Shown in pieces: positions 26,518 through 38,109 of a stretch of DNA of 64,000 nucleotides. Source of the stretch: Anaeramoeba ignava BMAN (Eukaryota > Protista > Anaeramoebae); contig JAPDFW010000088.1 of the NCBI GenBank assembly GCA_028826165.1, forward strand, positions 62,001 to 126,000. The letters run 5' to 3'. The notes below the pieces were generated by a model. That model was not told the origin of the DNA and did not search any database. It saw nothing but the letters and a program-made list of their open reading frames with translations. How positions within the stretch are numbered: position 1 is the first letter of the stretch; every line of letters begins with the position of its first letter. A program made the translations under genes and the position numbers.

Positions 26518-26789
26518 AAAAAATAATTTAAAAATAATTTAAAAAATAATTTAAAAAATAATTTAAAAAATAATTTAAAAAAAATAATTTATATAATAAT
26601 TTAAAAAATAATTTAAAAAAAATAATTTAAAAAAAAATTTATTGATCCAAAAAGAATATTTAGATTGAAAAAGAATAAAATCAAAAAAGAAAAAGGAAAT
26701 TAATCAAATTTTTTTCTTCTTTTTGTAGGAGTTAATTAAAAAAATCTACCTCATCAACAAGAAATACCTTAAATATCTTTATAATTTTA

Positions 26790-29511
26790 TTAATTGTTTG
26801 TTCTGTTCTTTTTTTCATAATCTTTTTTTCTTCTTCTTTTTACTCTTTCATCTGTGTTATTTTCTGAATTTTCAGATAATTCTTGTTGTAAATTATGTAT
26901 TGAATATACAAATAATTGAAATTGATTTCTTCTTTCCATAACTGTTTGATCTAAAGCTTCTTCTTGTTTTTGAAGATCTTCAATTTGTTTTTTTATAGAT
27001 TCAATTTCACTAAAAAATGAATTTTGATTTTGAAATTAAATTTGATTTTAATTTTGATTTTGGAATTTTTGAATTGATTGTTTTGGGTTTTATTTATTCT
27101 GAACTAAGGAAATGAGGAAACATTTGTGGATATTTATAACAAACTTTTCAAGAAGATCACTAAAAAGATGAATGGACAAAATGAAAAATTTGGAATTCTC
27201 CCACAATCACAGATACTTTCTTATATATCTCATCAAAGAAAGAAGATTTTTCCTTATGATCATTTAAGAATTGTTTCTGGTTATTCTTATTCTAAAACAA
27301 AGAACGATATCAAATTTTTTCTTTTCTTTTCTGTTTCAAAATAAAATCAAATCAAATCGAATCATCTGATGTTACATGTGATTTTGGATTGACTCTTCAG
27401 CATCTTTGCAAGAAAATATCTCACAAACTAAAATTATTGGATGTTTCAAACAAAAAACAAAAAAATGGAAAAAGAATACGAAAAAATGATTAACGAAAAC
27501 AGAAAGCAGCCTAATCAAGAAACAATCGAAAAAATTAACAAATCAGAAATAACAACAGAAGAAGACAACGAAGAATATATCAACCGAGAAAATCTTTATA
27601 CGATAATCCAAAATACAAAAGGAAAATCAACAGGAGGAATAGACAAAATAACAACATACAAAAGTACAGAAAAAAACAAACTTTCATCGAAATTGAAATT
27701 CTCACTTTCATTGAACCTGAAGAGATCGAAAGAAAGGCTCAAGAATTAGTAAACAGATTTTCCAAATTCTCAAAATTTATTTATTGTTTTTCTAATTCAT
27801 TTTTTTTGGAGCAACAATGAGATTTTTTTCAATTAAAAAAATATTCAAAAAATTTTTCCCTTTGACTCTATTTTCCAAAATCCTTTAATTTTTAATTTTT
27901 AATTTTAATTTTATTTTTAATTTTTAATTTACACCAATGTTTCTGATGTAGGAGGATAATCTTCAATTAATTTAGAAATGGTGTTATATTCTTCACGATT
28001 CTTTTTCTTTTGTTTCTCAGAATTTAATTGTTCTTGCATAAGATTTATTTGTTCAAATATTTTATTCAATTTTAATTGCAATTCATTAACTTGTTTTTCA
28101 GTTTGAATATATTCTTTTTCACTTATTTCTTCAATGAAATCATTTTTATTTAAGTCAATTTCTAATCCTGTAATTTCGTTTATAATTTCTGTATATTGTT
28201 CAAGACTTTTATTTAATTTATTTTAATTAAATTTATTTTAATTTATTTTATTTGAATTAAATTTGTTTGAATTAAATTTGTATTAAATTTTAATTAAATT
28301 TGTTTGAATTAAATTTGTTTGTATTAAATTTATTTGAGTTTATTTGAATTTAATTTATTTGAATTAAATTTATTTGAATTAAATTTATTTGTATTAAATT
28401 TATTTGAATTTAATTTGTTTGTATTTAATTTATTTGTATTAAATTTGTTTGAATTTATTTGAATTTAATTTGTTTGTATTTAATTTGTTTGAATTTAATT
28501 TATTTGAATTTAATTTATTTGTATTAAATTTGTTTGAATTAAATTTATTTGTATTAAATTTATTTTAAATTTTGTATTAAATTTGTATTAAATTTATTTG
28601 TATTAAATTTATTTGAATTAAATTTGTATTTAATTTGTATTAAATTTGTATTAAATTTGTTTTAAATAAATTTGTTTGTATTTAATTTGTTTGAGTTTAT
28701 TTTGTTTGAATTAAATTTATTTGTATTTAATTTATTTGAATTTAATTTGTTTGTATTTAATTTGTATTAAATTTATTTGAATTTAATTTATTTGTATTAA
28801 ATTTATTTGTATTAAATTTATTTGAATTTAATTTATTTGTATTAAATTTATTTGTATTAAATTTAATTTATTTGAATTAAATTTATTTGAATTAAATTTG
28901 TTTGTATTAAATTTATTTGTATTTAAATTTTTGTTTAATTTGTTTGAATTTATTTGTATTAAATTTGTTTGTATTAAATTTGAATTAAATTTATTTAATT
29001 TATTTTAATTAAATTTATTTTAATTTATTTTATTTGAATTTAATTTGTTTGTATTTAATTTGTTTGAATTAAATTTGTTTGAATTTATTTTAATTAAATT
29101 TATTTGTATTTAATTTATTTGAATTTAATTTATTTGAATTTAATTTATTTGAATTAAATTTATTTGAATTAAATTTATTTGAATTAAATTTATTTGAATT
29201 AAATTTGAATTAAATTTGAATTAAATTTGAATTAAATTTGAATTAAATTTGAATTAAATTTGAATTAAATTTGAATTAAATTTGAATTAAATTTATATTT
29301 AATTTATTTGTATTTAAATTTGTATTAAATTTTGAATTTAATTTATTTGTATTAAATTTGTTTGAATTAAATTTATTTGTATTTAAATTTATTTATACCA
29401 TTCTGCATAAGTATTTTCTTCAAACATTTCTTGGAATCTAATAACCATATTGGCTAGTTTGCCAATTACTCTTTCATTTGCAATAATTCTTTTTTGAATT
29501 ACGTCTTCCAT
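26790..29511 (-). CDS. THOC7: THO complex subunit 7; exons 29511-29399, 28205-27933, 27009-26790
   Basis: MEDVIQKRII.., QKKKNREEYNTISKLIEDYPPTSETL, ERRNQFQLFVYSIHNLQQEL match the THOC7/Mft1 pattern, and the splice phases are consistent. The 3' end is slightly uncertain. Confidence 0.82.
27100..27760 (+). mobile_element. Probable non-LTR retrotransposon (LINE ORF2) remnant inside a THOC7 intron
   Basis: A non-repetitive island inside the intron. INRENLYTIIQNTKGKSTGGIDKIT resembles the pre-RT motif I..EI..AI..LK..KAPG.DGI. Confidence 0.38.
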
Positions 29512-29537
29512 TTTTATAATAAAAAAACAAAAAGAAA

Positions 29538-29566
29538 AAAATGAAAAAAAATTTATTTTCATTTTT
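29538..29566. promoter_or_regulatory. Back-to-back TTTCATTT initiator-like motifs in the 74-bp THOC7/HIRIP3-like divergent spacer
   Basis: AATGAAAA at ~29540 (sense for the minus gene) and TTTCATTT at ~29557 (sense for the plus gene). Confidence 0.55.
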
Positions 29567-29585
29567 TATTTTTTAATTAATTAAA

Positions 29586-30728
29586 ATGGATCAAAGTAAA
29601 TGTAATAAAAAATTAAAAGAAATTCTAAAAAAAGAAAATATTAGAAAAATTTCTTTGGATTTTATTATTCAAAAATTAATTCAATCTGGAATTGAACCAA
29701 ATATTGCAAATTCAAGTGAAACAATGAATTTTTTTCTGAAAATTTTAACAGAAAAAACAAAATCAAATGAAAAAAACAAAAAAGAAGAAAAACAGAAGAA
29801 AAAACAATTAGAAAATAACGAATCCAAAAAATCAAAAAATGAAAAAGAAAAAGAAAAAGAAAAAGAAAGTGAAAATGAAAATGAAAATGAAAATGAAAAA
29901 GAAAGTGAAAGTGAAAAAGAAAGTGAAAAAGAAAGTGAAAATGAAAGTGAAAATGAAAATGAAAAAGAAAGTGAAAATGAAAGTGAAAATGAAAATGAAA
30001 GTGAAAGTGAAAGTGAAAATGAAAGTGAAAGTGAAAATGAAAATGAAAATCAAAATCAAAATCAAAATCAAAATCAAAATCAAAATCAAAATGAAAATCA
30101 AAATCAAAATGAAAATGAAAATGAAAAAGAAAATGAAAATGTGAAAAGAAGAAGAATAAAAAGAAATTCAAAAGCAACAGAAACAAAAGTTGAAAGATTA
30201 AGAAACTTTTTAAAAACAGCTGGTTTTTCATCTAAATTAAGAGGAATTGGAAAAATGACTTCATTAAAAAAACAATTTAATTTTTTAATGGATATAATTG
30301 AAGATCTAAAAATTGATACAAGTCAAATTAATCAACGTTATGCAAAGATCATCAAAAAACAAAAGGAAAAAGAAGACGAAATGAAACAACTTGGAGATAC
30401 CAAAGTTTTAACTCGAAGATTGAGATCTAAAAAAAGAGTTGATTATTTAGATTTAACAGAATCAATAAAAAAAGCACAACAAACTATTAAAAAAAATCCA
30501 AAAAAGAGAAAAGCCAAAGATTCAAAAGATAAAAAAGATAAAAAAGATAAAAAAGATAAAAAAGATAAAAAAGATAAAAAAGATAAAAAAGATTCAAAAG
30601 ATAAAAAAGATTCAAAAGATTCAAAAGATTCAAAAGATAAAAAAGATTCAAAAGATAAAAAGATTCAAATAAAAAACAAAATCCAAAAAAGAGAAAAGCC
30701 AAAGATTCAAAAGATTCAAAAGATTTAA
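29586..30728 (+). CDS. HIRIP3-like histone chaperone (acidic tract plus CHZ-like C-terminal domain); true end probably ~31460 through KDS repeats
   Basis: A short helical N-terminus and an E/S/N acidic repeat precede KVERLRNFLKTAG..KKQFNFLMDIIEDLKI..AKIIKKQKEKEDEMKQLGDTKVLTRRLR, which resembles the HIRIP3 C-terminus. Confidence 0.55.
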   Translation: MDQSKCNKKLKEILKKENIRKISLDFIIQKLIQSGIEPNIANSSETMNFFLKILTEKTKSNEKNKKEEKQKKKQLENNESKKSKNEKEKEKEKESENENENENEKESESEKESEKESENESENENEKESENESENENESESESENESESENENENQNQNQNQNQNQNQNENQNQNENENEKENENVKRRRIKRNSKATETKVERLRNFLKTAGFSSKLRGIGKMTSLKKQFNFLMDIIEDLKIDTSQINQRYAKIIKKQKEKEDEMKQLGDTKVLTRRLRSKKRVDYLDLTESIKKAQQTIKKNPKKRKAKDSKDKKDKKDKKDKKDKKDKKDKKDSKDKKDSKDSKDSKDKKDSKDKKIQIKNKIQKREKPKIQKIQKI

Positions 30729-31670
30729 AAGATTCAAAAGATTCAAAAGATAAAAAAGATTCAAAAGATTTAAAAGATTCAAAAGATAAAAAGATAAAAA
30801 AGATAAAAAAGATTCAAAAGATAAAAAAGATTCAAATAAAAAACAAAATCCAAAAAAGAGAAAAGCCAAAGATTCAAAAGATTTAAAAGATTCAAAAGAT
30901 TCAAAAGATTTAAAAGATTCAAAAGATAAAAAAGATAAAAAAGATTCAAAAAAAAGATTCAAAAGATTCAAAAGATTTAAAAAGATTCAAAAGATTTAAA
31001 AGATTCAAAAGATAAAAAGATTCAAAAAAGATCAAAAGATTCAAAAGATTCAAAAGATTCAAAAGATTCAAATGATTCAAATGATTCAAAAGATAAAAAA
31101 GATTCAAATAATTCAAATAATTCAAATAATTCAAATGATTCAAAAGATTCAAATGATTCAAATGATAAAAAAGATTTAAAAGATTCAAATGATTCAAAAG
31201 ATAAAAAAGATTTAAATAATTCAAATAATTCAAATAATTCAAAAGATTCAAATGATTCAAATGATTCAAAAGATAAAAATGATTCAAATAATTCAAATAA
31301 TTCAAATAATTCAAATGATTCAAAAGATTCAAATGATTCAAATGATAAAAAAGATTTAAAAGATTCAAATGATTCAAAAGATAAAAAAGATTTAAATAAT
31401 TCAAATAATTCAAATAATTCAAAAGATTCAAATGATTCAAATGATTCAAATGATAATAAATGATTCAAATAATTCAAATAATCCAAAAATTCAGATTATT
31501 TAAATTATTCAAAATGAAGCAAATGATTCAAATTATAAGGATTCAAAAATAAAAACAAAATCCAGAAAAATTATTCAAATTATTCAAATTATTCAAATGA
31601 TTTAAATTATTTAAATTATTTAAATTATTCAAATTATTCAAATTATTCAAAATATCAAAATGATTCAAAA
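30515..31670. repeat. 9-bp repeat array (AAAGATTCA/AAAGATAAA/AATAATTCA) encoding KDS/KDK/NNS
   Basis: Read directly; there are several 1-nt register slips. Confidence 0.9.
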
Positions 31671-31848
31671 TAATTCAAATTGTTCGAAAAAAAAAATTTA
31701 CAAAATAAAATTTGGGATTTGATTCAAACAAAATCCATTTGGATTTCAAAAAAAATAATAATTTTAATTTTCATTTTTTTCATTTTAACTTTTCTTTTCT
31801 TTTCTTTTCTTGTTCATTTCTTTTTTAAAAAAATTTTTTGAACCAAAA

Positions 31849-34800
31849 ATGTCTAAAGAAAAAAATAAAGATCCAAAAGCTTCAAATCTTTCAGGAGCAA
31901 TTGATATTATTGCAGTTAAACAACCAGATGGAATAATTAAAACAACTCCATTTCATGTAAAATTCAAGAATATTAATTTGGTAAAATTTTCAAAAAATGA
32001 TATATCTTTAGTGGTTAATGAACAAATTATTCCTTTTACAATGAAATTAAATTCAGCAGGAGTTGGTTTTTTTGAAAATAAAGTAACATTAAAATCAAAA
32101 TCAAAATAGAATCTAAAATCAAAATCAAAATCAAAATCAAAATCAAAAATCAAAATCAAAATCAAAATCAAAATTAAAATTAAAATCAAAATCAAAATCA
32201 AAATCAAAATCAAAATCAAAATCAAAATCAAAATCAAAATCAAAATCAAAATCAAAATCAAAATCAAAATCAAAATCAAAATCAAAATCAAAATCAAAAT
32301 CAAAAATCAAAATCAAAATCAAAATCAAAATCAAAATCAAAATCAAAATCAAAATCAAAATCAAAATCAAAATCAAAATCAAAATCAAAATCTAAAATCA
32401 AAATCAAAATTAAAATTAAAATCAAAATCAAAATGAAAACGAAAATCAAAATTAAAATCAAAATCAAAATTAAAATCAAAATCAAAATAAAAATTAAAAT
32501 TAAAATTAAAATCAAAATCAAAATCAAAATTAAAATAAAACTAGAATCTAAAATCAAAAAATGTTGATATTTTAAATCAAAAATTTTCTTCTTTGAGTTC
32601 AGATGAAAAAATATTAGATGATGATCAAGAAATATTAGATGATCAAAATGATGAAAATTCTAAAAAAATATTAGAAAATATTGAAAATGAAAATTCAAAT
32701 TCAGAAAAGGAACAAGAAAAAGAAAAGAAATCAAAGATTTTATCAAATAATTTAATTGAACAAGATAATGAGATTGAATTAATTGAATTGGAAGATCAAT
32801 TTGAAAATCAAAATCAAAATCAAAATCAAAATGAAAATCAAAATCAAAATGAAAATCAAAATCAAAATCAAAATCAAAATCAAAATCAAAATCAAAATCA
32901 AAATCAAAATCAAAATCAAAATGAAAATGAAAATCAAAATCAAAATCAAAATCAAAATGAAAATCAAAATCAAAATCAAAATCAAAATCAAAATCAAAAT
33001 CAAAATCAAAATCAAAATCAAAATCAAAATCAAAATCAAAATCAAAATCAAAATCAAAATCAAAATCAAAATCAAAATCAATTTGAAAATCAAAATCAAT
33101 TTGAAAATCAAAATCAATTTGAAAATCAAAACAAAATTGAAAACGAAGATCAAAATCAAAAAATAGAAAAACCTAGAAGAAGAAAAAGAGATAAAATCAA
33201 ATCAGGCCTCAAGAAAATTTTATGGAAAAAAGGAGAAAGACAAAAAGCACCATTAAAAAAAGCACAAAGTCAACAAATATCAAGAAAAAATACTGAAGAT
33301 TTAGATACTATTAAAATATCAAAAAGTTCGAACGAATTTAATATTCAAAAAAATGATTTAAATTCAAATTCAAATTCAAATCCAAATTCAAATTCAAATT
33401 CAAATTTAACAGAAACAATATCACAATCATTTTCTCAAGAAAATCTCCAAGATTCTAACCAAGATATTATTATAAATCAAGATTTCAATTCTGATATTAA
33501 TATTAATTTTGATATTAATAATATTCAAATTTCATTTTGCAAAAAATTGTTAAAACCAGAATTTTCACATGAAAAAATGATGGAAATATTTGATTATTAT
33601 CTAATTGATCCAACACAATTTTGGCAGAATCCAGATATTATATTTAAAAAAAACACAGCTTTTAGAATTGGAGAAATCTTTTATCCATCTAAAGAAGCTA
33701 TCCAATTAATTATCTCAAATCTTATTTTTGGAAAAATATTTTCAAATCATTTTCAACAAAATTTATTGAATCAACAATTAAAAAAAAAGAAATGGATTTA
33801 TTCAGAAAAAAAATCACAATCAGAAACAAATTTGAATTCAATAATTCGCGAAAAATTGAAATTACAAAATTATAATAATGATTCTCAAATGAAAAGCAAT
33901 AAAGAAATGGAATATTTTCAAGATTTTTCGCGTTCACTTTATCCAACACAAGAACAGTTAGAAAAATTCAATTTAAAATTAGGAAAAAATGTAATTGAAT
34001 ATATTATTGGAAAGGAAAATAGAATTTTTTCAAGAATTTTTTATTGGGAATATAATGATAAGATTGTTGTGAGTGATATTGATGGAACAATTACAAAATC
34101 AGATGTACTTGGGATGGTGATTCCAATGATTTCTAATAAAGATTATTCACATGAAGGTGTTCCATCTTTATTTTCAAATATATCAAAAAATGGATATAAA
34201 GTGAGTCAACCAAAATTAAAATTAAAATTAAAATTAAAATCAAAATTTAAAATCAAAATTAAATTTAAAATCAAAATTAAAATCAAAATTTAAAATTAAA
34301 ATTAAAATTAAAATTAAAATCAAATTTAAAATTAAAATCAAAATTAAAATCAAAATTTAAAATTAAAATTAAAATTAAAATTAAAATCAAAATTTAAAAT
34401 CAAAATTAAAATTAAAATTAAAATTAAAATTAAAAATTAAAATTAAAATTAAAATTAAAATTAAAATTAAAATTAAAATTAAAATTAAAATCAAAATTAA
34501 AATTAAAATTAAAATCAAAATTTAAAATCAAAATCAAAATCAAAATTCAAATCAAGATCATTTATCTTTCTTCACGACCAATTCAACAATCAAGTTTAAC
34601 AAAAGTTTATGTTTCTTCTGTTAAACAAAATGGGGAAAAGCTTCCTTTAGGCCCTGTTATTGTTTCACCAGATTCAATAATGAAATCACTCAAAAGAGAA
34701 GTTATTTCACATAAACCACAAGAATTTAAAATACCTTGTCTTCAAAATATAGCTTCACTTTTTGCTCCAAATTGTTTTTTTGCAGGATTTGGAAACAAAA

Positions 34801-35174
34801 AAACTGATGCTGAATCTTATCTTATTGCAGGAATATCAAAAGATAGAATTTTTCTTATTGATAAAAAAAGTGATTTACTTTTATTTGGATCAAATATTAA
34901 ATCATCATATAAAATTTTGAATTCATCAGTGAATAATTTTTTCCCAGTTATTCAAAAAGAAAATCAAAATGAAAATGAAAATGAAAATGAAATTGAAAAT
35001 CAAAATCAAAATCAAAATGAAAATCAAATTCAAAAAAATCAAAATCAAAATCAAAATCAAAATCAAAATCAAAATCAAAATCAAAATCAAAAACAAAATC
35101 AAAATGAAATTGAAATTGAAAATCAAAATCAAAATCAAAATCAAAATCAAAATCAAAATCAAAATCAAAATTAA
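31849..35174 (+). CDS. LPIN: Lipin / phosphatidate phosphatase; exons 31849-32082, 32545-34200, 34557-35174
   Basis: N-LIP: SNLSGAIDIIAVKQPDG..TPFHVKF..MKLNSAGVGFF. C-LIP: VVSDIDGTITKSDVLG, YLSSRPI, LPLGPVIVSP, KPQEFKIPCL, AGFGNKKTD. Confidence 0.93.
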
Positions 35175-36255
35175 ATTTAAAATCAAAATCAAATTGAAAA
35201 TCAAAATCAAAATCAAAATGAAAATCAAATTTAAAATTAAATTTAAAATTAAAATCAAAATTAAAATTAAAATGAAAATCAAAATCAAAATTAAAATGGA
35301 AATCAAAATCAAAATTAAAATTAAAATTAAAATCAAAATCAAAATCAAAATCAAAATCAAAATCAAAATCAAAATCAAAATCAAAATCAAAATGGAAACC
35401 AAAATGAAAATGAAAATCTAAATCTAAATCAAAATTGAAAATCAAATTGAAAATGAAAATCAAAATCAAAATCAAAATCAAAATGGAAATCAAAATCAAA
35501 ATCAAATTCAAATTCAAATTCAAAATCAAAATCAAAATCAAAATCAAAATCAAAATGAAATTGAAAATGAAAATCAAAATCAAAATTAAAATCAAAATCA
35601 AAATCAAAATCAAAATCAAAATTAAAATCAAAAAGAAAATCAAAATCAAAATCAAAATTAAAATCAAAATGAAAATGAAAATGAAAATGAAATTGAAAAT
35701 CAAAATGAAAATCAAAATGAAAATCAAAATCAAAATCAAAATCAAAATTAAAATCAAAATCAAAATCAAAATCAAAATCAAAATCAAAATCAAAATCAAA
35801 ATCAAAATCAAAATCAAAATGAAAATGAAAATCAAAATGAAATCAAAATGAAAATGAAAATCAAAATCAAAATGAAAATGAAAATTAAAATCAAAATCAA
35901 AATGAAAATGAAAATCAAAATCAAAATCAAAATCAAAATCAAAATCAAAATCAAAATCAAAATCAAAATTAAAATCTAAATCAAAATTAAAATCAAAATC
36001 AAAATTAAAATCAAAATCAAAATCAAAATCAAAATGAAAATTAAATTTAAAATCAAAATCAAAATTAAAATTAAAAATTAAAAATAAATTATTTGATTAT
36101 TTTTTTTTTGAATTAAAAAGAAAAAAAGAAAATAAAATTAAATGGTAAATTAGTTCAACAGAAGAAAAAGAAAGAAAGAAAGAAAGAAGAACAAAAAGAA
36201 TATAAAACAATGAGGAAGTTAAAAAGAAGAGAAAAAAAAAAAAGGTTTGAAAATC

Positions 36256-37788
36256 TTAAATAAGAAAACAACAATGGGAATGTTTCTTTTGATTTTGAAA
36301 AGGAGGAACATCACTATCACTTTGAAAAAATTCAATATCCGAAGGAGAATGTAGATTAAAATTATGATTATGATTAAAATTAGGATCAAAATTAGGATCA
36401 AAATTAGGATCCGGATTTGGATCAAAATTAGGATCAGAATTTGAATCAAAATCCTCATTAAAATCATTTATGTTTGATAAAGAGGTGATATTATCAGTTG
36501 ATTTTCCGTTTGTGTCATGATATTGATGAGGATGGAATTCACTAATTTTAATAGGATCTTCAGAAGGAAGTTCCATATTCATCCACTTGTGATTTTTAAT
36601 TTGCTGAATAGAAAACCTAGTGGTTTCATTGGGATCAAGAATTCTCCTGATTAAGTCACTCAATTCTGGACCGACAAAAGAGGGTATTTGAAAGTGTCCT
36701 TTTTCAATATTTTGATATAACTGGTGAACAGGAAATCCATAGAAAGGAAATGAACCTGTGACCATGACATACAAAATCACCCCAACGCCCCAAATATCTG
36801 ATTTGAAGCCATGCAGGCTTTCGTTTCCTTTGGCAATTTCGGGCGGTTGAAATGCAGGCGATCCAAATGAGGTTGCCTTGATCAAATCAATATCTTTAAG
36901 TGATTTATTATTTGAAATGTCAATAATTTCTGATACTCCAAAATCAGTCAGTTTTAGAACACCATCTGTGTTCAAAAGCATGTTTGATGGTTTGATATCT
37001 CGGTGGATAATCCCGCGAGAATGAACATATTCAAGTCCATCAAGTATTTGTCGTAAAAAATCGCGGATTTGTATTAAAGGAATAAATCTTTTAGGTTTTG
37101 GTTTCCATGATTTTCTTAATTTATCTTGATTTTTATCAAAACTTGAATTTGATTCATTTCTTAATTTATCTTGATTTTTATCAAAACTTGATTTTGATTC
37201 ATTTCTTAATTTATCAAGATTTTTTTCAAAACTTGATTTTGATTCATTTTTTGATTTTGATTCATTTTTTGATTTTGATTTTGATTCATTTTTTGATTTT
37301 GATTTTGATTTTGATTCATTTTTTGATTTTGATTTTGATTCATTTTTTAATTCATCTTGATTTTTTTCAAAAATTTGGTTTCTTAAATTTTCATTAAAAA
37401 AATCATCACAATTAAATCCCATAACCTCTTCAATAAAATGGCGAAGAGTTCCAGCGTTCATGAATTCAAGGACAAAATAAACAACTTCCTTTTCAGATTC
37501 TTCAATAACTTCAATTAATTCAACGACATTTTGATGTGATAATTTTTTCATAACTTGAATTTCTTTACGAACATTTTCTTCTCCATTAGTAATTTTTCTG
37601 ACACGTCTGAGTCGCATTTTTTTGATTGCAACACTTCGTGATGTTGTTTGGTCAATTGCTTCCCGTACTTTTCCATAGGATCCTTCTCCAAGAACTTCTC
37701 CAAATAAATATTGGCGGATAATTTTTGGTGGTTTTTTCTTTTGATATTTTATTGATATACTGAATGGATCTTGATAAATTCCAGTCAT
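36256..37788 (-). CDS. STK11: LKB1/STK11-like Ser/Thr kinase, intronless, C-terminal CCFLI
   Basis: YLFGEVLGEGSYGKVRE..RRVRKITNGEENVRKEIQ, HRDIKPSNMLL and GSPAFQPPEIAKG..GFKSDIW are LKB1-diagnostic. Confidence 0.9.
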   Translation of the reverse strand: MTGIYQDPFSISIKYQKKKPPKIIRQYLFGEVLGEGSYGKVREAIDQTTSRSVAIKKMRLRRVRKITNGEENVRKEIQVMKKLSHQNVVELIEVIEESEKEVVYFVLEFMNAGTLRHFIEEVMGFNCDDFFNENLRNQIFEKNQDELKNESKSKSKNESKSKSKSKNESKSKSKNESKSKNESKSSFEKNLDKLRNESKSSFDKNQDKLRNESNSSFDKNQDKLRKSWKPKPKRFIPLIQIRDFLRQILDGLEYVHSRGIIHRDIKPSNMLLNTDGVLKLTDFGVSEIIDISNNKSLKDIDLIKATSFGSPAFQPPEIAKGNESLHGFKSDIWGVGVILYVMVTGSFPFYGFPVHQLYQNIEKGHFQIPSFVGPELSDLIRRILDPNETTRFSIQQIKNHKWMNMELPSEDPIKISEFHPHQYHDTNGKSTDNITSLSNINDFNEDFDSNSDPNFDPNPDPNFDPNFDPNFNHNHNFNLHSPSDIEFFQSDSDVPPFQNQKKHSHCCFLI

Positions 37789-38109
37789 TTTATTCTTCTA
37801 TTTTTTTTGTTTTCTCGTTTTTTTGGATTTGTTGATATTTTTTTTTTTTGAATTAATGTTTAAAAAAAAAAATAATAAAAATAATGAAAAATAAAAATAA
37901 AAATTAAAAATTTAAAAAATTAAAATTAAAATTTTTTCTATTTTTTTGATTCTTTTTCACTTTAAAAATTTAATTTATTTTGTTTTAAAATTATATTTAG
38001 TTTTATTTTATTTAATTCTTTTGATCTGATCTTTTTTTTTTTAAAAGGGAAAAAGGGGGTTTTCTTTTTAATTTAAAAAAAAATTATTTCAAAAAAAAAG
38101 CAAATTATT

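Noticed and set aside
37090-37420. Intein in the LKB1 kinase domain
   Set aside because: The insert is low-complexity, with no Hint blocks or terminal HN-C/S/T.
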